A stretch of DNA of 64,000 nucleotides from a bacterium (GTDB lineage Bacteria; Patescibacteriota; Microgenomatia; UBA8517): assembly GCA_021790215.1 (NCBI GenBank), contig JAJYIG010000001.1:194-64193 (forward strand). The letters run 5' to 3'. The notes below the pieces were generated by a model, which was not told where the DNA came from, did not search any database, and was given only the letters and a program-made list of their open reading frames with translations. A program made the translations under genes and the position numbers. Shown one piece after another: positions 55,774-63,904 of this stretch (positions are counted from its first letter, which is position 1; every line of letters begins with the position of its first letter).

Positions 55774-56773
55774 ATTTCTCAGTTATTTTATCCCAATCAA
55801 ACTTTTCTGCCTGAGTCCTCGGTTTATTCTCCCAATTCGTATTCATAGCTTTTTGTAAAGCCTTAGCATATTCATCAATATCGGTTGGGTCTACCAGGAT
55901 TCCTGCCTCACCAACTATTTCTCTTCTTACAGGATCGTCTGTGGCAACTACAGGCAGTCCTGATGCCATAGCTTCTACCAAAACGTTTCCAAACGCCTCA
56001 GAGGAAGCTGAGGGCAATGTAAAAACATCGGCTGCCCCATAAACTTCCGGCATTTTCTCAAAAGGCACGGATATTACCTCGAATCTTTCTTTACCCAACT
56101 TCTTAATTCCTAGATCGTAGATCTTGTCTCTTAATTCCCCTCCTCCACCGGCAATAATAAGCTTTACGTTCTTAAGTTTGGCCGCTGCATCAATGGTAAG
56201 ATTTAATCTCTTTTGTTCCGTAAATGCACCAACAGCTAAAATGATTTTTGTTTTATTCCTTAATCGATAATCTCTAACCTTAAATCTAGTCAGATCAACA
56301 CCGTTCGGGATTTTGATGATCTTTGCAAACGGAACTTTTTTTGCCCACTGTTCTGCTTTAGTCGAAAGAGCAACAAAAGCGTTTGGAAAACACCAAAGAT
56401 TGTTAAGATCATCCCATCCAATCCCCGATTGCCCGGAAATCACCATTTTAGATCCCCGAATCCAAGTTAAAATCCTGATAAACGCCGGCTGCCACCCACC
56501 ATTGAGAGGAATAATAATATCCGGTTTTTCTTTCCAAATTTCTGGAAGTTTTTTAAGGGTAAAGCCCGCAATTGCACGACCGTTTCTATCAAGAAATGGT
56601 CTTGAAAGACGGCTTTTAGACCTTGGAGGAACTATGATATCTCCCCCTGATATTATCTTTACTTTATTATTCTCGGAAAGCCTTTTGGAAAGTTCCTTTA
56701 CAAAAGTTTCAGCGCCTCTTGAGGTAGTATCCTGATAAATATTTAAAAACAAAACCTTCATTTTTGTATTCAT
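55748..56773 (-). CDS. Glycosyltransferase family 4
   Basis: RGAETF, IPNGVD, EAFGNVLVEAMASGLPVVA, FDW. Confidence 0.9.
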   Translation of the reverse strand: MNTKMKVLFLNIYQDTTSRGAETFVKELSKRLSENNKVKIISGGDIIVPPRSKSRLSRPFLDRNGRAIAGFTLKKLPEIWKEKPDIIIPLNGGWQPAFIRILTWIRGSKMVISGQSGIGWDDLNNLWCFPNAFVALSTKAEQWAKKVPFAKIIKIPNGVDLTRFKVRDYRLRNKTKIILAVGAFTEQKRLNLTIDAAAKLKNVKLIIAGGGGELRDKIYDLGIKKLGKERFEVISVPFEKMPEVYGAADVFTLPSASSEAFGNVLVEAMASGLPVVATDDPVRREIVGEAGILVDPTDIDEYAKALQKAMNTNWENKPRTQAEKFDWDKITEKYEILFNSL

Positions 56774-56792
56774 GTATTAATACATTAAAACA
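56765..56792. repeat. Second copy of the 28-bp palindromic element, over the GT4 start codon
   Basis: TGTATTCATGTATTAATACATTAAAACA, 25/28 identical to 17354-17381. Confidence 0.8.
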
Positions 56793-56794
56793 GC

Positions 56795-58159
56795 TTATTT
56801 GGGAACCAGTATCTCAATCCCGTCAACTTTATTGCTAATTTTATAGTTTGCTGAAACAAAAGCGTAGACCTTTTCCGGAATGTAAGAGGAAAGTCCTGTT
56901 TCAGAATATTGTTGAAGTAAAATTAATCTTGGTTTTGAGTTTTCCAAATCCGCAACTTCCTTTTCCTGAACTCCGTGAATTTCCTGGTACCAGGAAAGTT
57001 GCGGAACCCACGGATCAGTTGCAGGAAGCGTATCGGTTAATGCATAAAGACTATCCCAATAGTTCATTACAAAAATCTTTTCTCCCGGAATCGAGTTCTG
57101 CCTCACATAAGAAGCCACGTCCTGAACATCCTGCTCGTAGAACCTAATACCCTCGTCATAATTCCTGATGAAAAATACCGCCAATAAATATAACGATGCA
57201 AAAACATAAAATATTATAAGGAAACGGATTAAAACATTTTTCCAATTTAAGTTTGTAAATACCAGTCCAGAGACGATTGCAAGATATGGGACAGCGGGCT
57301 GAAAATGAAAATATTCAAACCGGGGGTAAGCCCCCAAACAACCGACAAAAGCCCAAATGGTCATTTGCAAGGGACGAACCCTTGCAGAACTATGAGATTT
57401 AAAAAACAAAGGAATGAAAATCGCAAAAGGAACTGCCGCAACAGCCAGGCTTCTCAAGTCCGGTAATTGTATCTGGCCCGAAGCTTTTGGCAAAATAAAA
57501 ACACCGAAATTCACAGCCCAGTAATAAAAACTTGGTAAAAGGTGAATGGCAAAAAGTAAAAACACGAAAGAGGTTAAAACTACCAACCCACCCAAAACAA
57601 AGTTCTTGCCGTCTTTAAAAATTGCTTTGGACCCGAAAATTTCGAGAGCCACGGGAACGATAAAATAAGCCGCCGTTTGTTTGGTAAAAACAGCCAGCGC
57701 AAAAAGAACGCCAGCAGCAAACCACTTTTTGATGCGCAAAAAGTAAAACGAGGCAAACATCCAAAAACCCATAAATAGATCAAACCAAAGTCCGTTCCCA
57801 TCAAAGAATAATTGCCAGATAACAAATGATGTAAGTGCAATGAGCGCAACTCTCCGCCCCCAGAGCCTCCTGACAACCCAAAAGAAAAAGGCATCGAAGG
57901 CCAAAATTAATCCCCAGGTAAATATCTGCAGTTGGGAAATTCCAACTCCGAATAATTTGTAAAAAACTGTAAGAAAGACAAGCAGTAAAGGTGTATGGGC
58001 AATTGCGATGTCTTTGTAGGGCAAAAGGCCGTGCAATGTTAAATATGGCCAGACAAGCATCTCCGGCCAGGCAGTAAATTTAAATTTCAACAGAAGAAGC
58101 AGGTGTAGTAGTAAAATCCCAACAAGAAATACTAATACTATTTTATTTATTCTACTCAT
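56795..58159 (-). CDS. GT-C fold membrane glycosyltransferase-like protein
   Basis: FTAWPEM, G-LPY-D-H-P, TKQ, YPRF-FH; polytopic with a C-terminal soluble domain. Confidence 0.65.
   Translation of the reverse strand: MSRINKIVLVFLVGILLLHLLLLLKFKFTAWPEMLVWPYLTLHGLLPYKDIAIAHTPLLLVFLTVFYKLFGVGISQLQIFTWGLILAFDAFFFWVVRRLWGRRVALIALTSFVIWQLFFDGNGLWFDLFMGFWMFASFYFLRIKKWFAAGVLFALAVFTKQTAAYFIVPVALEIFGSKAIFKDGKNFVLGGLVVLTSFVFLLFAIHLLPSFYYWAVNFGVFILPKASGQIQLPDLRSLAVAAVPFAIFIPLFFKSHSSARVRPLQMTIWAFVGCLGAYPRFEYFHFQPAVPYLAIVSGLVFTNLNWKNVLIRFLIIFYVFASLYLLAVFFIRNYDEGIRFYEQDVQDVASYVRQNSIPGEKIFVMNYWDSLYALTDTLPATDPWVPQLSWYQEIHGVQEKEVADLENSKPRLILLQQYSETGLSSYIPEKVYAFVSANYKISNKVDGIEILVPK
57366..57386. repeat. Perfect intragenic 21-bp hairpin TGCAAGGG-ACGAA-CCCTTGCA
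   Basis: 8-bp exact inverted repeat, GC-rich; encodes ARVRPLQ in a loop between two TM segments. Confidence 0.75.
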
Positions 58160-58179
58160 TAATTTCTATTATTAAATAC

Positions 58180-58205
58180 ACTACATTAATATATATCAAT
58201 GTAGT
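58180..58205. repeat. 26-bp near-perfect intergenic palindrome ACTACATT-A-ATATATAT-C-AATGTAGT
   Basis: One mismatched pair; shares TACATTAATA-like core with the 28-bp element. Confidence 0.65.
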
Positions 58206-58209
58206 CAGA

Positions 58210-59049
58210 TCAATAACCAACCTGCCCTTTCCATAATCTTCTTTTAATTTTTCTTAGTGGTGTTTCGAAAAATGCCCTTGTCTCGAAGTACCCCGACATG
58301 GCTTCCCAAGGGCTACTTATAAAATCAGGTTTATTTTCAAAAAATACTTCCGGGTAATAATAATCTAAAGGAAATGGTTTACCAATTTCATATTTTAATT
58401 TTTTCGCCCTCTTAATTACTTCCAGATCGTTTGACCTTTCTCCGCCTCTCGGAAGAAATGTCGCGTGAAGGTATGGTACATCTACAAACTTTAGCTTGTC
58501 AGAATCTCTATCCTGAATCATCTTACCATCACCGTCTGCCCAACCCCAAACCCCGTGAGCTCCCTTTGAGTGAAGTCCGGGAATATTTCTTTTTATAGCA
58601 CGCAAATTATAGTGCCCCACCTTATCTCCGAATTTATACCTACCTGCAGCTTCTTCCTGAAAATGAAAAATATCACCGACTAAATTAATTGTTTGAACAA
58701 CTACCGATTCAATACTTTCCCCCTCATTCTTTATAGTTCCAATGACCTTCTTAATTGAATCTTCAAACCATATTTCATCTGCATCTAGCATTAAAAACCA
58801 GTCAGATTCTGTTTCATCAAGCATTTCTTGCCGGACACCCGTAAACTCTTCTGCTGTTTTTTGCAAACGGCTTTTGAAAATAATTTTGTCCGGATATTTC
58901 TTAGCTAACTCTTTTTCAATTTCGATACTCCCATCTGTACTGCCCGCATCCCAAAGAAGCAATTTATCTACATGATTAATAACTGAAGATACCGAATACC
59001 AAAGCCGTCTTGCTTCGTTTTTAACGAGTGTGTGTGCCCAAATCTTCAT
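58210..59049 (-). CDS. Glycosyltransferase family 2
   Basis: HTLVKNE, D-GSTDGS, RQ-ML, W-LDADE. Confidence 0.85.
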   Translation of the reverse strand: MKIWAHTLVKNEARRLWYSVSSVINHVDKLLLWDAGSTDGSIEIEKELAKKYPDKIIFKSRLQKTAEEFTGVRQEMLDETESDWFLMLDADEIWFEDSIKKVIGTIKNEGESIESVVVQTINLVGDIFHFQEEAAGRYKFGDKVGHYNLRAIKRNIPGLHSKGAHGVWGWADGDGKMIQDRDSDKLKFVDVPYLHATFLPRGGERSNDLEVIKRAKKLKYEIGKPFPLDYYYPEVFFENKPDFISSPWEAMSGYFETRAFFETPLRKIKRRLWKGQVGY

Positions 59050-59121
59050 AAATCTATTTTACCCCATTTCTTTCTTTAAAACTCGGAGCTATACTTGTAT
59101 CCAACTTAGAACGAGCTTAAA

Positions 59122-60984
59122 ATGTGCGGGGTTGCAGGCATAGCTTACTTCAATAAAAATAAAGAGATTCATCCACACGAGCTAACGTTAATGGCAAAGG
59201 CCCTTATTCATCGGGGACCTGATGATGGAGGAATATTTCTGTCGGAAGATAAACGAGTGGGTTTTGCGTCAAGGAGATTATCCATCATCGACCTATCCAA
59301 AAAGGGCCACCAGCCCATGACATATTTAGATAGATACACAATTACTTATAACGGTGAAATATATAACTTCCAGGAAGAAAAAAGGAAACTTCAAAAACTC
59401 GGCTTTTCCTTCAAATCTGACACTGACACTGAAGTAATCCTTGCCTTATATGCAAAATATGGGAAAAATTGCCTGGAACATCTACGGGGTATGTTTGCTT
59501 TTGTAATTTATGATCATATCGAAAAAACATTATTTATGGCCAGGGACAGAATCGGGAAAAAACCATTAAAGTACTTACTCGATGACCAAAAGATAATTTT
59601 TGCCTCTGAACTCAAAGCAATTCTTACACAAACTGGGATCAAGAAGATTCCGGATTATAATGCAATTCATCTTTACCTGACTTATGGATACACCCCATCC
59701 CCCCTAACCGGATTTGAAGGGATCAAAAAGCTTGAACCCGGAACTTACATATTTATAAATCTTAGAAGAAAAACTTTTGACAAAGTCAGATATTGGCAGC
59801 CCAAGTTTAATAATAAACTTCAACTATCAGAAAAGCAGTGGTGTCAAAAAATATTGGATACACTAACTGAATCCACAAAAATCAGAATGGTTTCAGATGT
59901 CCCGATTGGTGCATTTCTTTCCGGCGGGGTTGACAGTAGCGGTGTTGTCGCCACAATGGCAGAGCTTTCAGGTAAACCCATTGAGACTTTTACAATAGCT
60001 TTTAATAGCAAAGAATATAACGAGGCGCCTTATGCTGCGAGGGTTGCGAAAATGTATAAGACTCACCATCACATTCTAACAGCCAAACCAAAATCGGTAG
60101 ATATCCTGCCGTCAATTGTAAAACAGTATGAAGAACCGTTTTCCGATGCCAGTGCGGTTGTATCCTTCCTGGTATCTGAGATGACCAAAAAATATGTAAC
60201 CGTAGCCCTAAATGGAGATGGTGGAGATGAAAATTTTGCGGGATACCCCAATAGATATATGCGACTCAGACGTGATGTTGATTATGACTTTTGGATACAA
60301 AATATAAGACCGGTTGCTGCGAAACTACTACAAAGTTTTCCGAAAGCAAGAAATTTCTTTGAAAAAGCAAAACTGCCTTTATATATGAGGTTTGCATCAT
60401 ACAATAAAGTTTTCTCTCCGGATGAACTGATGAACCACGCCAGGGGACCAATACTTGATCTTGCCAGACATCAAAATCCATATCAGATTGTAGAATCATG
60501 CTTCAAAACATTTAATGGGAAAGATATAAAAGATGCGGGACTTAAATTTGATTTACTATATTTTCTGCCGGATCAACTTCTTACAAAGATGGATATTGCA
60601 TCAATGGCGGTTTCTCTTGAAGCCAGATCTCCTTTATTGGATCAGAACATGATCGAATTGGCCGGAAAAATTCCTTTTGAGCTCAAAGTTAAAAATGGGG
60701 TATCAAAATATATACTAAAAAAGGCCTTTGAAAAAATTGTACCCAAGGAGTGTCTTTATAGACCCAAGGTGGGTTTTGGTCTTCCTTTAAACAAATGGTT
60801 TTCTGGTACGCTTAATAAATATGCAAAAAGTTTGCTGCTTTCCAAGGATTCTCGGGTTAGCGAAATATTCGACAGAGAATATGTAAAAAATATCGTCGAG
60901 GATAACAACAAACATGACGATTTTGGACCGAGACTTTGGAACTTAATGTGTATGGAGCTTTGGTTCAGAGCTTATTTCACCTAG
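59122..60984 (+). CDS. asnB: Asparagine synthase-like glutamine-dependent amidotransferase
   Basis: N-terminal MCG, HRGPDD, RLSIIDL, NGEIYN, SDTDTE, RDRIG-KPL, LSGGVDSS, GDGGDE, SLEAR-P-LD, K-GF. Confidence 0.92.
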   Translation: MCGVAGIAYFNKNKEIHPHELTLMAKALIHRGPDDGGIFLSEDKRVGFASRRLSIIDLSKKGHQPMTYLDRYTITYNGEIYNFQEEKRKLQKLGFSFKSDTDTEVILALYAKYGKNCLEHLRGMFAFVIYDHIEKTLFMARDRIGKKPLKYLLDDQKIIFASELKAILTQTGIKKIPDYNAIHLYLTYGYTPSPLTGFEGIKKLEPGTYIFINLRRKTFDKVRYWQPKFNNKLQLSEKQWCQKILDTLTESTKIRMVSDVPIGAFLSGGVDSSGVVATMAELSGKPIETFTIAFNSKEYNEAPYAARVAKMYKTHHHILTAKPKSVDILPSIVKQYEEPFSDASAVVSFLVSEMTKKYVTVALNGDGGDENFAGYPNRYMRLRRDVDYDFWIQNIRPVAAKLLQSFPKARNFFEKAKLPLYMRFASYNKVFSPDELMNHARGPILDLARHQNPYQIVESCFKTFNGKDIKDAGLKFDLLYFLPDQLLTKMDIASMAVSLEARSPLLDQNMIELAGKIPFELKVKNGVSKYILKKAFEKIVPKECLYRPKVGFGLPLNKWFSGTLNKYAKSLLLSKDSRVSEIFDREYVKNIVEDNNKHDDFGPRLWNLMCMELWFRAYFT

Positions 60985-62527
60985 ATGGGCACATATTTTC
61001 TAAAGATCCTGCGTAAATATATGCCAAATCAACTCCGTTTTCTCTCGCCACATAAGTAGGATTATTCGCCCCATAAAATGCATCCAACTCAGGATCCTTT
61101 TCCAACTGAATATAATAGGCTTCTACAAAAAACAGCTTTTGGTTTTTCCAGTTAGGACTAAAGCGGTATGGGTAATAATATGGAATTGTCGAGTTTCCGC
61201 ATCCTAAAGCACCAATTTCCTTTACTTCAGGGTAGCACTTAAGAATGTAATCCGCCGCCGCCTTAGACCCTTCACAAAGCCCCACAAGGTCATATTTTCT
61301 AGCATTCACGCTTCCGCCTATGAAAACATTATAATAAAGATCGTGGTACGGGAAGAGCGAAATAAACAAATAAAAAAACCAAATAAAAATTGCAGAGATC
61401 GCCACCACTCTTAACCACAACGTCTTTAGCTTACCGGCAGCCCAGACAATAACCCAAGAAGAAAATGCATATATCCACGGCCAGACCGGAAGTTCATACC
61501 GCACACCAAGCTTCTTGGCGGAAAAAGAAATTGAGGCCAAGAATAAAACAATAAATACAGTAATGCTCCCGCCGTGTTTAAAATCGACAATTTTCTTCCT
61601 GACCAAATTTAGGTAGATAAAAACGAGAAGCCCCAAAATGATTATAGGCGGAGTCCTGACCAATATCTCAAAAAGATAATAATAGGGTGGGGGGTTGTTG
61701 GTAAGCTGCCCGAAAAAATAATTATTTATTCCGCCACCAACCAAAGCCGTTTCTCTAAAAAGATATTCAGGTATGGCTAAAAATAAATTTTCCCAGCATG
61801 TCGGCCACGCAAGAGAAATAAAGATAAAGGACAAAAAGACGGAGGATAAGAATTTCGTAAGCTCGTCCTTCCAGTTTTTATAATTTAGAAATATCTGTAA
61901 GAAAAATATCGGAAAGACAAGAATCCCGTCCGGCTTAGTCAAAAAGGCTGTGGCTGCAGTTAGAGAAGAAATAATAACCGACCAATTTCTATTTTTTATC
62001 AAAAGGTAGGAAGAGAGCGAAACAAAAGTAAAAGCCGTTAAGAATATATCATTCATAATCAGCTTACTATTCGCAACAAAAATGGGGTCCAAAAGTAGCA
62101 AAAGAGATGAAACTGCGGCAACCTTCTTATTAGTAAATCTTTTTACGAATAGATAATAAAAGACAATAAAAACTGCCGAGAAAAAAATAACTGCTCCTCT
62201 TCCGGCTATATAATCCTGAAAAACGTTGCGGCTGACAACACTCTGCCCTTTGCCCAAATAAATCAAAGGGAAACCGGAAATCACTGACAAGGGAATTGCA
62301 ATAGCCTCTGTGTCGGTTTTACTCGTCCACCAGGCAGTCTTGAAATAATTAAAGTTCTTAGTTTTTATCGCCAATGCGGTTTCTTTGCCGCGAACCATCC
62401 ACGTAATCTCATCGGGATAGACCGGTGTTTCACTTAAACGATAAAAACGCGTTGCTAAAAATAATCCGAAAAGGATGAGGATAAAAATAATTTCTTTCCG
62501 GTGTCTAACCATGTTACTTGCTTTCAA
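60977..62527 (-). CDS. GT-C fold membrane glycosyltransferase (ArnT/PMT-like)
   Basis: PDEITW first loop, LDP-SK, LTK, P-YY, K-RY-LP; polytopic. Confidence 0.75.
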   Translation of the reverse strand: MKASNMVRHRKEIIFILILFGLFLATRFYRLSETPVYPDEITWMVRGKETALAIKTKNFNYFKTAWWTSKTDTEAIAIPLSVISGFPLIYLGKGQSVVSRNVFQDYIAGRGAVIFFSAVFIVFYYLFVKRFTNKKVAAVSSLLLLLDPIFVANSKLIMNDIFLTAFTFVSLSSYLLIKNRNWSVIISSLTAATAFLTKPDGILVFPIFFLQIFLNYKNWKDELTKFLSSVFLSFIFISLAWPTCWENLFLAIPEYLFRETALVGGGINNYFFGQLTNNPPPYYYLFEILVRTPPIIILGLLVFIYLNLVRKKIVDFKHGGSITVFIVLFLASISFSAKKLGVRYELPVWPWIYAFSSWVIVWAAGKLKTLWLRVVAISAIFIWFFYLFISLFPYHDLYYNVFIGGSVNARKYDLVGLCEGSKAAADYILKCYPEVKEIGALGCGNSTIPYYYPYRFSPNWKNQKLFFVEAYYIQLEKDPELDAFYGANNPTYVARENGVDLAYIYAGSLENMCPSR

Positions 62528-63797
62528 CCCAGTAGTGCCTTATTACAATCACCCAAGTAAAGACGGCGAGAATTAAATTGGTAGCACCTAAAGTGATAGT
62601 CGGCCCAAAAACCCCAAATTTGGGAATTAAGAAAAAGTTCAGAAGAAATATTGCAGCTATCTGGAAAAAAGAATAGGCACCAATAAAAACAGTTTTCTTC
62701 ATTGCGTAAATAATTGCCGAAACGGATGGAGCAGTAAAAAGAAATGGAATTTGGGCAGCTGCCAAAGCCTGGAAAACAGGAACGGATGCCAAATATTTAG
62801 TCCCAAAAAGGACAAGAATGAAAGGCTTGGCAATTATTATCCAAAATATTATTCCCGCAGTAATCGGTAAGATGGCAAGCGTCGACTTAACAAGGTATTT
62901 CCTCTCACTCATTTTATCTCCGAAGGCAGCAAATCTTGGCGCGAGAACGGAAGAAAAACTCCCGGAAAGAACCACTATAAAAGACGCCAGGCGGGAAGGG
63001 ATCGAGTAAAGTCCTGTCGCAAAAGCACCTGCCATTGTAGCCAACATCTGTATATCAAGCCTTCCGGAAATTGATGAAATGATTCTATTAACCCCGATCC
63101 AGCCGGAAAACTTAAGAAGATTTTTATATTCATTTTTTGTAGGATTAGAAAATATAAAATCGGTTCTTACAAAATAAATTACCAATATCGTCTCTACAAT
63201 AAAGCCCGCCCCAAATGCCCAGAACGCCCTTGAGATGTTTAATCCTCCATAAACATAAAATGCCAACGCAAATAAAAGCCTGCCTATATAAAACGCATTA
63301 TCAATAATTGTTGAGTGCAGGAATTTCTTCTTGGCTTGGAGAATGTAAGGAAAAAACATATCGGGAAATATAAATATCGGTATAATTGCGGCCCATACAG
63401 CAACTGAAGGGTCGCGGGTAGCCAAAAGTTTTGTTGAGACAAAGGGTGCAAAAATTATCACAACAGCCGAAATCGCAAGAACTATCAAAATCCTGATTAC
63501 AAAAGATGCTTTTACATACTCATCAGCTTTCTTGCTATCACCTTTTGCAAAATGCTCAGAAACAAAGTTAACAGAACCTGAAGATATTCCGACATCGGCC
63601 AATGAGGACAGGATTGTAACTAAATTAATCGCTGCCGAGAAAATCCCGAATTCCGCAATAGAAACAGCGCGAGCAATAAATAGGGTAAATAAAAAACCCC
63701 AAAAAGCAGAAGCGGTGTTGCCGACAAAAAGAATAAAGGTATCTTTGGCAGTTGCAGAAAAAAGGGCGGATCTAACCCAGTCAAAATATTTCCTCAT
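62514..63797 (-). CDS. wzx: Wzx-type oligosaccharide flippase
   Basis: AR-EFG-FS, D-GI, RLD-ML, GLYS, L-P-F, ILVLFG-KY, LN-LIP-FG-G; about 12 TMs. Confidence 0.82.
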   Translation of the reverse strand: MRKYFDWVRSALFSATAKDTFILFVGNTASAFWGFLFTLFIARAVSIAEFGIFSAAINLVTILSSLADVGISSGSVNFVSEHFAKGDSKKADEYVKASFVIRILIVLAISAVVIIFAPFVSTKLLATRDPSVAVWAAIIPIFIFPDMFFPYILQAKKKFLHSTIIDNAFYIGRLLFALAFYVYGGLNISRAFWAFGAGFIVETILVIYFVRTDFIFSNPTKNEYKNLLKFSGWIGVNRIISSISGRLDIQMLATMAGAFATGLYSIPSRLASFIVVLSGSFSSVLAPRFAAFGDKMSERKYLVKSTLAILPITAGIIFWIIIAKPFILVLFGTKYLASVPVFQALAAAQIPFLFTAPSVSAIIYAMKKTVFIGAYSFFQIAAIFLLNFFLIPKFGVFGPTITLGATNLILAVFTWVIVIRHYWVESK

Positions 63798-63800
63798 CAA

Positions 63801-63899
63801 TATAGATTATAGATTATCCAAAATAAATTCCAAATAACAAGTTCCAAGATCCAAACAAGAAACTAAATCATAAATCACAAGATCCAAGAACCAAGAATG
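63801..63899. repeat. Degenerate tandem heptamer repeats (TATAGAT x2; AAATTCC AAATAAC AAGTTCC AAGATCC ... AAATCAT AAATCAC AAGATCC AAGAACC AAGAATG)
   Basis: 7-bp periodicity read directly in the gap between wzx and the last gene. Confidence 0.8.
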
Positions 63900-63904
63900 C
63901 GAAA

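Noticed and set aside
280-63837. The many 60-150 aa ORFs antisense to or nested in long genes (e.g. 2596-2988, 3708-4115, 10347-10808, 17878-18318, 56313-56735)
   Set aside because: They are shadows of well-supported genes on the other strand or frame and show no recognisable motifs or start signals.
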